From an uncultured Bdellovibrio sp. (lineage in GTDB: Bacteria > Bdellovibrionota > Bdellovibrionia > Bdellovibrionales > Bdellovibrionaceae): a stretch of 26,903 bases of DNA. Shown here piece after piece: positions 1 to 9,500 of this stretch. The notes under the pieces were generated by a model. That model saw only the letters and a program-made list of their open reading frames with translations, ran no database searches and was not told the DNA's origin. Positions within the stretch are counted from its first letter, which is position 1; each line of letters opens with the position of its first letter. The stretch is taken from NCBI GenBank assembly GCA_963932905.1, contig CAWVRN010000037.1:1-26903 (forward strand). Reading direction: 5' to 3'. Position numbers and translations under genes: made by a program.

Positions 1-55
1 TCGGGTGGTACACTATGATGGAAATTTACTGGTACATGATGGCGGAAATTCGACA
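1..55. mobile_element. Probable terminal inverted repeat (end) of an IS21-family insertion sequence; rest of element lies outside the window
   Basis: Minus strand reads 5'-TGTCGAATTTCCGCCATCATGTACCAGTAAATTTCCATCATAGTGTACCACCCGA: terminal TG followed by two 21-nt direct repeats (6-26 and 30-50; 17/21 identical, 24-nt period), the usual layout of IS21-family ends. No transposase is in view. Confidence 0.7.
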
Positions 56-774
56 GTAAAGAATGAGAAATATAAAACCATACCGCCCACCATCTGACGA
101 AGTCCCATTAAATCGGCAGGTCCCAGTTTCTTTTGAAATACATTATTATAATTACAGATAGCTTTGCCGGATTCTTCATCTACCATTTCACAAGCGTATT
201 TACCTTCTACACCGACATTCACCAGCAAGAATAAAGGATCTAAATTCAATGTTAAACTTTTATCGTAATTTTTAATTAACCATTTTCTAAAACCATTCCA
301 GTTTTGTTGATGCTCAAAAAAGAAATTTTGCAGGTCCCCGACTGTTTTTATATCTTCAGCACCATCAAGAAAATATTTTCTAGCGGGAACATTTGGTATG
401 TTGTTAATCAAATTTTCTAGTTCTTTAAGTTTGCCTTGTTTACGAACGAAAGGTTTAATACGTGTCAAGATTCCTTTGTATACAGTGTACACCTTAAGAA
501 AACCCTCGGTATAGAATTGCGCTTTCAAATTTTCAGGATTCTTGATCAACGCCATTTGAAATGCTTTTTCAGCCAACGGGAATGTCGCGAAGGTCAGTAG
601 TTGCTCACCTGAATCAGCTAGCTCCGCATCTGTCATCGTCTCTTCGACCTTAACAATCTTTTCATCGACTGGTTTCTCGATCGTTTTTTCGATGACTGTC
701 TCATTTGGCTTACACCCTATGATTAGAATCATCAGCGTTGGAAGAAATATTTTGAATAGTGTTTTCATAAACAA
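13..774 (-). pseudogene. Lipoprotein with TPR-like segment, probably truncated by IS insertion at 55/56
   Basis: Signal peptide and lipobox (ILIIG-C); TPR-like helix pair AEKAFQMALIKNPENLKAQFY; last 13 aa (VEFPPSCTSKFPS) and the stop are encoded within the putative IS end. Confidence 0.65.
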
Positions 775-859
775 TCCCGTAAATGGTTTAACTTAAACCT
801 ATATTAACCCTCTACTTGATAGAGAAATAGGCACATTTTGTAAATAGTAAATACAATAA

Positions 860-875
860 TTTACCATTTGGTAAA
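860..875. promoter_or_regulatory. Palindromic operator-like site TTTACCA-TT-TGGTAAA upstream of the 13..774 gene
   Basis: Perfect 7-bp inverted repeat with 2-nt spacer in AT-rich intergenic DNA about 85 nt upstream of the start codon. Confidence 0.35.
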
Positions 876-948
876 CAGTATTCCATGAGGCGTCTATACT
901 AAATTCACTACTATCTAGACTTTAGCCATGGTCATTTTACAAATGAGA

Positions 949-1025
949 AAGAGGGTACCTCCTAACATTCTGGTACCCGGCGCGTTAGACGCTGCGGGTA
1001 CCAGAATGTTAGGAGGTACCCTCTT
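949..1025. repeat. 77-nt inverted repeat with perfect 31-bp arms (REP-doublet/REPIN-like or miniature element)
   Basis: 949-979 AAGAGGGTACCTCCTAACATTCTGGTACCCG is the exact reverse complement of 995-1025; 15-nt spacer with inner GCGT/ACGC stem; four GGTACC sites. Confidence 0.9.
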
Positions 1026-1029
1026 ATGC

Positions 1030-1061
1030 AAAAAACCCAAGGTTTTTAAGCCTTGGGTTTT
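1030..1061 (-). terminator. Rho-independent terminator for the 2744->1094 minus-strand genes
   Basis: Stem CCCAAGG/CCTTGGG with flanking A/T tracts; on the minus strand the stem is followed by TTTTTT; about 30 nt after the stop at 1094. Confidence 0.8.
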
Positions 1062-1093
1062 AAGAATTTATTCAAATCTATTTAGAACAAAAA

Positions 1094-2071
1094 TTACTTA
1101 GGAGTGTTAGCTTCCCAGTATTGTAAGCCTACATTTAATTGCTCGATAGCTTTATTGTAGATGTCGTTTTGAACCGCTTGGTTCTGAGCATTTTCCTCTG
1201 GAGAACTAGAAACTTTAAAGTTTTGTTGTTCCATTTTGAAATCCTGTTGAACTGAAAGTTGGATTTTCTTTAACAGAGGTAACATCATTTTAGGATCTAA
1301 TTTTTCTTCGATCGCATTTGGATATGGAGCCAAGAAACCAGAAACTCTATACGCTACTTTTTCAGAGAAAGGCAGACGCGCGATGAAATCCAATTGCTGA
1401 GCATAAACTACAGCTTGGTGGATTTTACCTACTGTAGAAAGAGGCTGAGAAAGTAAGCTCTCTTTTAAAAGAATGTCTCTTACAAACTGAGCTCTGAACA
1501 TTAGAATCTCGTACGCTGTATCTTCATAACGAGAGTGATTTTTAATGTGTGTTACGATCAACTCATTTACTTTTTCATCAGATAGGAATCCACAAACTGT
1601 TTGGATAGCTAAAGTGCGACCCAATTTAATTTTGTTGATACGGTTAACTTCTGCATCTGTGTATGCGATTTCATTGCCTTCTTTGTCCATTTGTTTTGTA
1701 GGATTCACTTCACGAATCTCTTTTTGCCACAAATAAACAAGCTCAGCTAAATCGTTAACAGTAATAGCTTCAGCCAGTTTTTTACCGAAAGGCATTAGTT
1801 GTGAAGGGATTGGGCTTAATTTTTCGTAGTTTGCTTCGTCCATTAATTCTTTAACTGGTAGAAACACACGTTGATCGTTAATACCAACAACAGTTGAATC
1901 CATGCCACTAACCATTTTGTCCATGTTATTGTTAGTCGTATCCATGCCCGTTGTCATTTTATCCATTTTCTTATTCAGATCGTCCATTTTATTCGGAACT
2001 TCGATAAGGTTATTAACTTTATCACAAGCAACAATTGAAAATAGAGCGATAACAATTACTAAAAATTTCAT
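1094..2071 (-). CDS. Hypothetical lipoprotein with N-terminal Met-Asp heptad repeats (coiled-coil)
   Basis: 325-aa ORF, AGGAG SD upstream, lipobox SIVA-C16, MD at residues 29/36/43/50/57. Confidence 0.8.
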   Translation of the reverse strand: MKFLVIVIALFSIVACDKVNNLIEVPNKMDDLNKKMDKMTTGMDTTNNNMDKMVSGMDSTVVGINDQRVFLPVKELMDEANYEKLSPIPSQLMPFGKKLAEAITVNDLAELVYLWQKEIREVNPTKQMDKEGNEIAYTDAEVNRINKIKLGRTLAIQTVCGFLSDEKVNELIVTHIKNHSRYEDTAYEILMFRAQFVRDILLKESLLSQPLSTVGKIHQAVVYAQQLDFIARLPFSEKVAYRVSGFLAPYPNAIEEKLDPKMMLPLLKKIQLSVQQDFKMEQQNFKVSSSPEENAQNQAVQNDIYNKAIEQLNVGLQYWEANTPK

Positions 2072-2099
2072 TTCATTCTCCTAATTATGAGGTATTATA

Positions 2100-2744
2100 T
2101 TACTTAAGTAAATCTGCTTTTAAACTTTTCAAACCGTCGTCAGCTGGAATGCCTAACCACATCGAAAAAATATTTTTTGTTAAATCTTTTCCAACAACAG
2201 TGCTAACTTTGCCGCTGTTATCTTCGAAATAAAGAGTTTCAGTTCCATCTGAATTTTTATTAGTTACGAACGTTAAAGTTTTGCCAGTTTTAGCTTCACC
2301 ACCAGAAACCATCGCTGCGAACAATGATTTAACTTCTGCAGAGTTGATATCTACATTGTTAGCAACTAAAGCATCACGGAAAGAAACTTGAACTTTATCA
2401 GCTTCAACATCACGTAAGAATGTCAATTGAACTACGGCTGTTTTAGACTTCGCAACAGAGGCTAAAAGATCAGCGTCCGTTTTAACAACAGTTTGTGGTT
2501 CCGAAACAAAAACTTCTGCAGTGTATACTTTCACGTTTGCAACAAGAACTTTTTTAGTTCTTAAACCAGATGCCACTTGAGTTAAGTTAACATTGTATTG
2601 GTCAACTTTTACTGAAGCTGCTTTTGACAATTTAACGCCTGAATTTTCTTTACCAGAAAGTTCTTTAGTTAAGATATCGGCAAAAGAAACTGATGCTACT
2701 AGTGTCAAAGACACGATTGATTTAACGATTGTATTTAAAGACAT
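2100..2744 (-). CDS. Chalcone isomerase-like family secreted protein
   Basis: Start re-called to ATG 2744 (GGAGG SD); signal peptide ending SFA; motifs GLRTKKVLVANVKVY, LTFLRDV and IFSMWLG typical of bacterial CHI-fold proteins. Confidence 0.75.
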   Translation of the reverse strand: MSLNTIVKSIVSLTLVASVSFADILTKELSGKENSGVKLSKAASVKVDQYNVNLTQVASGLRTKKVLVANVKVYTAEVFVSEPQTVVKTDADLLASVAKSKTAVVQLTFLRDVEADKVQVSFRDALVANNVDINSAEVKSLFAAMVSGGEAKTGKTLTFVTNKNSDGTETLYFEDNSGKVSTVVGKDLTKNIFSMWLGIPADDGLKSLKADLLK

Positions 2745-2981
2745 AGGTCCTCCGTTATTGTTGATGAAGTAGTTACCTATTTGGAATAAAATCATTTGTC
2801 ACTCATTAATTAGAGTATTTACCCAGCCGCCGTAAGGGCATGAACTTTTTCCAGATGATAAATTATGCAAGTTATTTAAACCACTAGGGATTTAAACAAC
2901 CACCAGGAATTATTTTCCCTAACAAAATTAGCTTTAGATCTTTACTTTTGTACAAATTCCGCTATGGAATAATAACAAATC

Positions 2982-4043
2982 ATGAATTTATCCGGAACGA
3001 AATATCAGTCACAAATTGAACACGATTCCTTGGTGTTAGCGAAATGGTACGAAGCTAACCAACGCAAACTGCCTTGGCGAGAATCTAAAAATCCATACTT
3101 TATCTGGATTTCAGAAGTTATGCTTCAGCAAACGACCGTAGCTGCCGTTATGCCGTATTTTGAACGTTTTATTTCGCGCTTCCCTACCCTGGAATCCTTG
3201 GCAGACGCACCTATCGAGGACGTTCTAGAGATGTGGAGCGGGCTTGGCTATTACAGTCGGGCTCGCAATCTTCACAAATCGGCTAAAGGCCTACGCCTAG
3301 GCCCATTCCCAACTACCTATCAAAAGCTTATCGAGTTTCCAGGATTAGGGCCCTATACAGCCCGAGCCGTTACCAGTATTGCATTTGGTGATCGAGCCGG
3401 TGTAGTCGATGGCAACGTGATTCGAGTTTTGAGCCGCCGCTGGGGCCTTGCTATCGAGTGGTGGAAAAATAAAGAAAAAGATAAATTACAAAAAATAGCC
3501 GACGATTTGGTTCAGCACGCCGACCCTAGTATGGTGAACCAAGGCTTGATGGAATTAGGCGCCACCGTTTGCTCTAAAGAAAAGCCGATTTGTGGGTTAT
3601 GTCCTTGGCGCAAAAACTGTTTAGCTTTCAAAACTGGCGAAACCGCCAATTTGCCTTTAAAAAAACCAAAGAAAGAAAAATCACTTTGGCTTTATAACGC
3701 TGAAATCATTCAAAATAGAAGTCAGATTCTGTTTACTAAAAACAGCTCTCTCCCAGTCCTAAGCCGTATGTGGATGATTCCTGGAAAAATTGAGCGAATA
3801 AATAAGAAACCTAAAAATTATGATTTTACTCATTCTGTGACAGACCACATAATTTATGTAGTTTCGAAGAAACCACGCACCAGTATGTTATCTGATGCGC
3901 GTCCAGACAAATCACCTAGTAAAAAATCCAATACCCTTTCAAAAGCCGATGAAACGGATTTAAAGTGGATTGCGTTACATGAAATCGGAAAATTTTCACA
4001 GAGTTCGCTAACGAAAAAACTGTTGAAGAAGTGGGATCTTTGA
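2982..4043 (+). CDS. mutY: A/G-specific adenine DNA glycosylase
   Basis: RKLPWR, WISEVMLQQT, WSGLGYYSRARNL, HhH-GPD (FPGLGPYTA...VVDGNVIRV), 4Fe-4S motif C-X6-C-X2-C-X5-C. Confidence 0.95.
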   Translation: MNLSGTKYQSQIEHDSLVLAKWYEANQRKLPWRESKNPYFIWISEVMLQQTTVAAVMPYFERFISRFPTLESLADAPIEDVLEMWSGLGYYSRARNLHKSAKGLRLGPFPTTYQKLIEFPGLGPYTARAVTSIAFGDRAGVVDGNVIRVLSRRWGLAIEWWKNKEKDKLQKIADDLVQHADPSMVNQGLMELGATVCSKEKPICGLCPWRKNCLAFKTGETANLPLKKPKKEKSLWLYNAEIIQNRSQILFTKNSSLPVLSRMWMIPGKIERINKKPKNYDFTHSVTDHIIYVVSKKPRTSMLSDARPDKSPSKKSNTLSKADETDLKWIALHEIGKFSQSSLTKKLLKKWDL

Positions 4044-4132
4044 TCAACGGCCACCAGTCTTTGGTCCGCGCCCTTATCAAGCAAAATTGAGGTCTGTGAT
4101 TGACTACGAATTGGTGATTTAGTTGCCAAATT

Positions 4133-4141
4133 TGCTATCAT
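4133..4141 (+). promoter_or_regulatory. Extended -10 promoter element TGcTATCAT, 7 nt before ATG 4149
   Basis: Matches TGnTAtaaT; no SD between it and the start codon. Confidence 0.45.
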
Positions 4142-4148
4142 AAATTCT

Positions 4149-5135
4149 ATGCTTATTCAGTTTCCTAGTTTTCTTTTATCCACGATAGCTATTTTAAGTT
4201 TAGTTGGTTGCGGTACCAGTAAAACCAAGCCAGAAGCGACTTCTCCCAATATTTCTATCACTACTAACAAAGAAATTAATTTAGTCGAAACAGAATGCTT
4301 CAGTCCGCAATTCTCTTATCGTGGGGATCAAATTTTGTATATCTGCCAGGATAGAAAATTTAATTCTCAGCCCCAATTATTTATCGAAGATCTAAATACA
4401 GGACTACGCAAGCAAGTGACGTTTCAAGATGGTATATTGAAAGAGCCGCATTTCCTGCGACCAGATTTTTTGATATATCTATCAAGCACAGATAAGCGGA
4501 AAGAACACATTCCATTGTTAATTGAAAAACCGAAACCAATTGATGAACTTGAAGTGTATTCATTTGATTTACGTAACGATGAAATCGAGCGGGTCACTGA
4601 TAACTCAGTTGATGAAATCGCTATTGTACCATTGAAACACATTGATCCAAAAATGGCGCTCGTTCGACTAGAAGCCAATACTTATAAAGTATATTTAAAA
4701 AATCTAGCCAACAGCAGCGAGAAACTGATGTTTAAAACCAATCACAAAATTTCAGAAATCGGTGTAAATGACTCTAATCAATTACTGATTGTAGAAGATA
4801 CGGGATATAAAAAATGGGTTCGACTGATTGAGAATGATAAGAAACAAACTCTGTGGCCGGAATTTAAAAAAGAAGCTCAATCATTTTCCTTAGATAGCAA
4901 AACTGGTGACCTAGAATATCTAGAAGATGGTAAGGTTAAAACTCTTTCACTGAAAAACTATTGCGAAAGTGAAGTTTTTTCACTTCCTGGTCCAGTGTTA
5001 GAAATCCAAAAATCTCCGGTGGTGGATAACTTATACGTTTATACGACTTTGGTTCAGGGCTTACGTCGCATCGAGCACAAAGTTATTCAGCGAAATCCCA
5101 CCCAGTCTTGCAAAAAAATTGTAAGACGGAGATAA
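4149..5135 (+). CDS. TolB-like (PD40 beta-propeller) lipoprotein
   Basis: Lipobox SLVG-C; PD40-like motifs FSPQFSYRGDQILY, QLFIEDLNTGLRKQVT, VYSFDLRNDEIERVT. Confidence 0.7.
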   Translation: MLIQFPSFLLSTIAILSLVGCGTSKTKPEATSPNISITTNKEINLVETECFSPQFSYRGDQILYICQDRKFNSQPQLFIEDLNTGLRKQVTFQDGILKEPHFLRPDFLIYLSSTDKRKEHIPLLIEKPKPIDELEVYSFDLRNDEIERVTDNSVDEIAIVPLKHIDPKMALVRLEANTYKVYLKNLANSSEKLMFKTNHKISEIGVNDSNQLLIVEDTGYKKWVRLIENDKKQTLWPEFKKEAQSFSLDSKTGDLEYLEDGKVKTLSLKNYCESEVFSLPGPVLEIQKSPVVDNLYVYTTLVQGLRRIEHKVIQRNPTQSCKKIVRRR

Positions 5136-5142
5136 TTGTTTT

Positions 5143-5682
5143 ATGTATCACACAATGAAAACATTAATTTTAGTCGCATTTGTAGCCCTAACGTCTTGGT
5201 CTGCACCTTTTCCAGTCAGTGGAACATCCATGATGACGGATCCTGAAGAAGGACGTTTTTTAGAGCCCCACGGTTTTAATTTAAAAACAACAAATCTGAA
5301 ATGGACTGTGGTTCCAGACGAAAAAACATCGATCTTTCAAACATTCCGTTTTGCTCCAACAACCAGCAATCAAACAGCTCAATTGACGGTTCGAAAAGAC
5401 GATTTAGGTCAGCAAAAGAATTTAGAAGTGTACGCTAAAAAATGGATGCGTGAATATCCTCAGTATGGATTTGAAATCCTAACAACTAAGAACATGAAAA
5501 TTGGTGGCGGAGATGGTTTGTTAATAGATCTTGTTCACCGTGGTAAAAGCCAGCAAATTCGTCAGCTGGTGCTACAAAAAAATAAGAAGGTCGTTATCCT
5601 GACTTGCCTAGATGAAATTTCAAAATTCAGATCCACGGTTTCAGAATGTAACCAGATGATGACGTCATTTTCGTGGAAATAA
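5143..5682 (+). CDS. Secreted hypothetical protein (start may be ATG 5155)
   Basis: 179-aa ORF with signal peptide MKTLILVAFVALTSWSA; 7 nt after the upstream gene. Confidence 0.75.
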   Translation: MYHTMKTLILVAFVALTSWSAPFPVSGTSMMTDPEEGRFLEPHGFNLKTTNLKWTVVPDEKTSIFQTFRFAPTTSNQTAQLTVRKDDLGQQKNLEVYAKKWMREYPQYGFEILTTKNMKIGGGDGLLIDLVHRGKSQQIRQLVLQKNKKVVILTCLDEISKFRSTVSECNQMMTSFSWK

Positions 5683-5767
5683 TTTCAAACCGCATTTAAA
5701 CACTGATTTTTCCAGCCAATTCGATTAAAAACCTACCAATAGCTAAACACATTTGGCGGTTTTTTTT

Positions 5768-6595
5768 ATGCTTAAATTAATTTTAATATTTTGTTCCGTT
5801 GTCGTAGTCGCTTCAGTTAAAAAACCGGAAGTGTTTACTGAAAAAATCAAAGCCAAAGATGTTCAGAAAAAATTAGTTTTCCCAGGTATTGTTCGTAGCC
5901 AGAAACAATCTTTGATCCTTGCCGAAAATTCTGGTGTGGTAACTCGCTTGAAAAAACAGTTAGGCTATTCTGTTAGCAAAAATGAAATTATCGGCTACAT
6001 CGAAAACCCAGATCCAGTTTACCAATTCAAACCGCTGCCAATTCGTTCTCCTATTGCGGGACGAATCACAGATATGCGCTTCTTTGAAGGGTCACAGGTT
6101 GAAAAGGGTACCCACATCATTACAATCACCGACCCAAAATCTTTAGTTGTAGAAGTTCAAGTCCCTGCTAAAGATATCGCATCTTTGAAAATCGGTGGAC
6201 CTGCTGAATTTAATGCCGGCGGAAAATACGCAGTGAGGCTTTTAGGTCTATCACCAACTCCCGATTCATCATCACTGACATCAATGGCGTTGTTTTCATT
6301 CACAGATCCAAAACAAATAGCAACATCTGGCGTACAAGGTTCCGTTGAATACATATCTTCGGTGAAAAAAATGATTCTTGTCAGCGAATCTAACTTAATT
6401 AGAAAAGCACAAAAAGTTTATTTGCGTAAATACTTGGATGGAAAAGCTGTTTTCGTGGAAGTAAAAACCGGCGATCGCGTTGAAGACCAAATTGAAATCG
6501 TTTCTGGTTTATACGAAGGTGACGAGTTTATTTCTAAAACAGCAAAGCACATCAAAGACGGCGACGAAGTCACTAAAGCGGAATCTACGAACTAA
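5768..6595 (+). CDS. RND efflux periplasmic adaptor (membrane fusion protein) with very short alpha-hairpin
   Basis: Start re-called to ATG 5768; lipoyl half-motifs AENSGVVTRL and IRSPIAGRITD..EGSQVEKG; C-terminal VEVKTG..IEIVSGL..GD; TAATG overlap with the RND gene. Confidence 0.88.
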   Translation: MLKLILIFCSVVVVASVKKPEVFTEKIKAKDVQKKLVFPGIVRSQKQSLILAENSGVVTRLKKQLGYSVSKNEIIGYIENPDPVYQFKPLPIRSPIAGRITDMRFFEGSQVEKGTHIITITDPKSLVVEVQVPAKDIASLKIGGPAEFNAGGKYAVRLLGLSPTPDSSSLTSMALFSFTDPKQIATSGVQGSVEYISSVKKMILVSESNLIRKAQKVYLRKYLDGKAVFVEVKTGDRVEDQIEIVSGLYEGDEFISKTAKHIKDGDEVTKAESTN

Positions 6596-9500
6596 TGAAA
6601 TTCCTGTTTCAAAATCCACTTAGGGTATATTTAGTTTTATTTATGCTTTTTTTGGTGGGTTTGTATTCAGGTTCTCAGTTACCCATCTCCTTGTTCCCGA
6701 ATTCATCTAAAGCAACTGTTCAAATTTGGATTCCGTTGTATTCAATGTCCCCAAAAGATTTTTACGAAGACTATGGCTTTCGATTGGAATCACAGCTTCG
6801 CGCCATGGAATTTAAAATCAACACTATGACCGCCGACTACAATTACGGCGATGTTTCATACAAACTGGATTTCGACTGGTCAGTCAGCGGTGAAGTCGCC
6901 CTCAGCAAAGTTCGCGAAGTCATGGCTGGAACAAGCGCTGCCTTTCCACAAACAATGCGTGAAAATTATCACGTGGACAAATGGTCAGAGAATCGCACGT
7001 TTGTTGCGCTTGCTTTTTATAGCGATACCAAAGCGCCAGATGAAATTTATAACATTATTCAGCCAACCTTGGAACCCGACATCTTGGCAATCAAAGAAGT
7101 TCAGAGCGCCTACTTATACAATCCTCAGCGCAAAGAAATTGTTCTGGAGCTATTGCCAGAAAAACTATCTTCGTTTGGGTTACATCCGTCGGATGTTGAA
7201 GGTATTCTAAAAGGAGCCACGCGTGAATTTAACGGCGGGCGTATCGAATATCAGAACCGTCGAACGCAGATTTATTTTGATCCCTGGATCAAAACGAAAA
7301 CGGATTTAGAAAATTTCTCGTTTTACATAAATAAAAAACAAATCGTTTACCTGAAAGATATTGCCGATATCCGCATGGGTAGCAACGAAACATCTAGCAA
7401 TATTTTTAGAACGTCTGGTTCGTCGGCTCTGGTATTGTGGGCTGGGCCCAAACCAGGTGCTAACGTTAAAAAGATGTCCGAACAAATCGTTGATATCGTA
7501 AATACCAATCAAAAGCTTTGGCCCGAAGACATTAAATTCAAGTTTCTGGTTAACCCCGCGGAATTTATTAATTCCAGCGTTAACCATGTAGCGTTTGAAG
7601 TTATCTTGGCCGCTTTTTTAGCCGTGGTGATTTTATTCCTTTTTATCGGTTCACTTAAGAATGTCATTACTGCTGCAGTGGAGATTCCGTTAAGTATTAT
7701 CCTGGCATTGATTCTGATGAAAATCTTCAATATGAATTTGAATTTGATTTCGTTGGGTGGATTGGCATTATCTGCCGGCATGAACGTCGATGCGTCGGTT
7801 GTGGTGATAGAAAACATCTTCCGTCATCTAAAACTGTTTCCTAATCGTAGTAAGTTAGATGTAATCGTAGGCGCCGTTTCAGAAGTATATCAGCCGATTC
7901 TAGTTGCAACCTTGGCCTCTTTGATTGTGTTTTTCCCTATTATCTTCACTACGGGTTTAACAAATTCACTGCTTGGCGACTTGGCCAAAACCGTAATTTT
8001 CTCGCATGGCCTGTCTGCAATTGTGGCCTTAATTTTGGTCCCGACCGTTCGGCTGCATTTCTCTAGCTGGTTCGCTAGCGAGGGACACTCGCCTGTCGAG
8101 CCGTTTTTGCTAAAGTTAGAGAACTTTTACGAACGCACGTTAGGAAAACTAATTCAGAATAAACAACTAGTCGTTATCATTTCGGGTTGCGTGGCCGCTG
8201 TATTCATTCTGTTTTTAACCGTTCTACTTCCGCGACTTCCCAAAGAGCTGATAGGAAAACCAGAAACAGACTGGTTGATTCTAATCACGAATTCAAAAGA
8301 CTGGCAGACATTGGAAGATTACGACGAAGGTATATCGAATATAGACAGTCATTTACGCGAAAAATACCCTGATAAAATCGATTACACTTTCTCGCAGATG
8401 GGTGCCGGTTGGGGAAATGTCATGATTCGATTAAAAAACAAATCCGATTTGGAATTTTTTAAAAAAGAAGTCGAAAAAGAATACCCAGATACCCCAAACT
8501 TAAAAGTTATGACCGAGCCCTGGAATCCGTCTGAACTTGTAGTACCTGATCCCGCTCCATTTGTAGTTCACTTCACCGGCTCTGATTCACGCAAGCGTGC
8601 AGAAATGGCCGAATTGTTTTTGCAAGAGTTCGAAGATCAAAACATTTTTCCACGCACTCGCATTTTCCCCGATGTAACTAAAGACTATGCTTTAAACATT
8701 CGTACTTACCGTCCCCAGTACGACCCTGCCACTATATCATCATTTATTTATCTATCTGGCCAATCACGCTACCTTATGTATGTGAAAGATCCCATTACAG
8801 ATAAATCAATTAACATCAGTGTTCAATTCCCCAAAAAATACACTCAGAGCTTGGAAGCTCTAAAATCTATGCCATACCATCAAAACCAGCATGTCGTGCC
8901 ACTTTCAGCAGTTGGTAATTTTGAATTTGTAGACGAGCCCAAAGGTTTCTATCGGTTAGATGGGAAAGATGTCGTTTCTATTAACGGCCGCTTGGACGAC
9001 CCCAAAGAAAAAGACGAAGCCGTTAGAAAGGCCGCAGAATTTACGAAGGATTTTAAAGAGCGTCACGAAAAAGATTTAAAAAATATCAAAATTGAAATTC
9101 AAAATTCTGAAAAGGAAGTCACAGACTCTATCGATCAGCTACTAACTGCCGTTCTAATTTCTATCTTGATGATTTTCATCTTGATGGTTTTATTGTTTGG
9201 AAATTGGATCGATGCTTTCCTTATTCTACTGGCTATACCGTTTGGAATTATGGGAACCATCTTGGCCCTGACGGTTTTCCAAAGTCAGTTATCGTTAAAT
9301 TCTGCCCTTGGAGTTATCCTACTGAATGGCATTTCTGTAGCAAACTCGATCATCCTTGTGGACTTCATCAAGCATTTGAAAAACGAAGGAATGAGCGCCA
9401 AAGATTCTGCCATCAAAGCGGCCCGTATTCGTCTGCGCCCCATCTTGATGACATCATTAACCACCGTCATAGGTATGATGCCCATTGCTTTCGGTTTTGG

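Noticed and set aside
1..55. Possible CRISPR repeat remnant
   Set aside because: Only two imperfect copies separated by 3 nt, with no spacers and no cas genes.
1011..1049. Perfect SD AGGAGG in the hairpin arm followed by the 7-codon ORF MQKTQGF (1026-1049)
   Set aside because: The ORF runs through the terminator, the mirrored SD on the other strand has no start codon at SD distance, and no promoter is evident; probably chance.
2745..2795. Longer N-terminus for the chalcone isomerase-like ORF
   Set aside because: The strong GGAGG SD and signal peptide point to ATG 2744.
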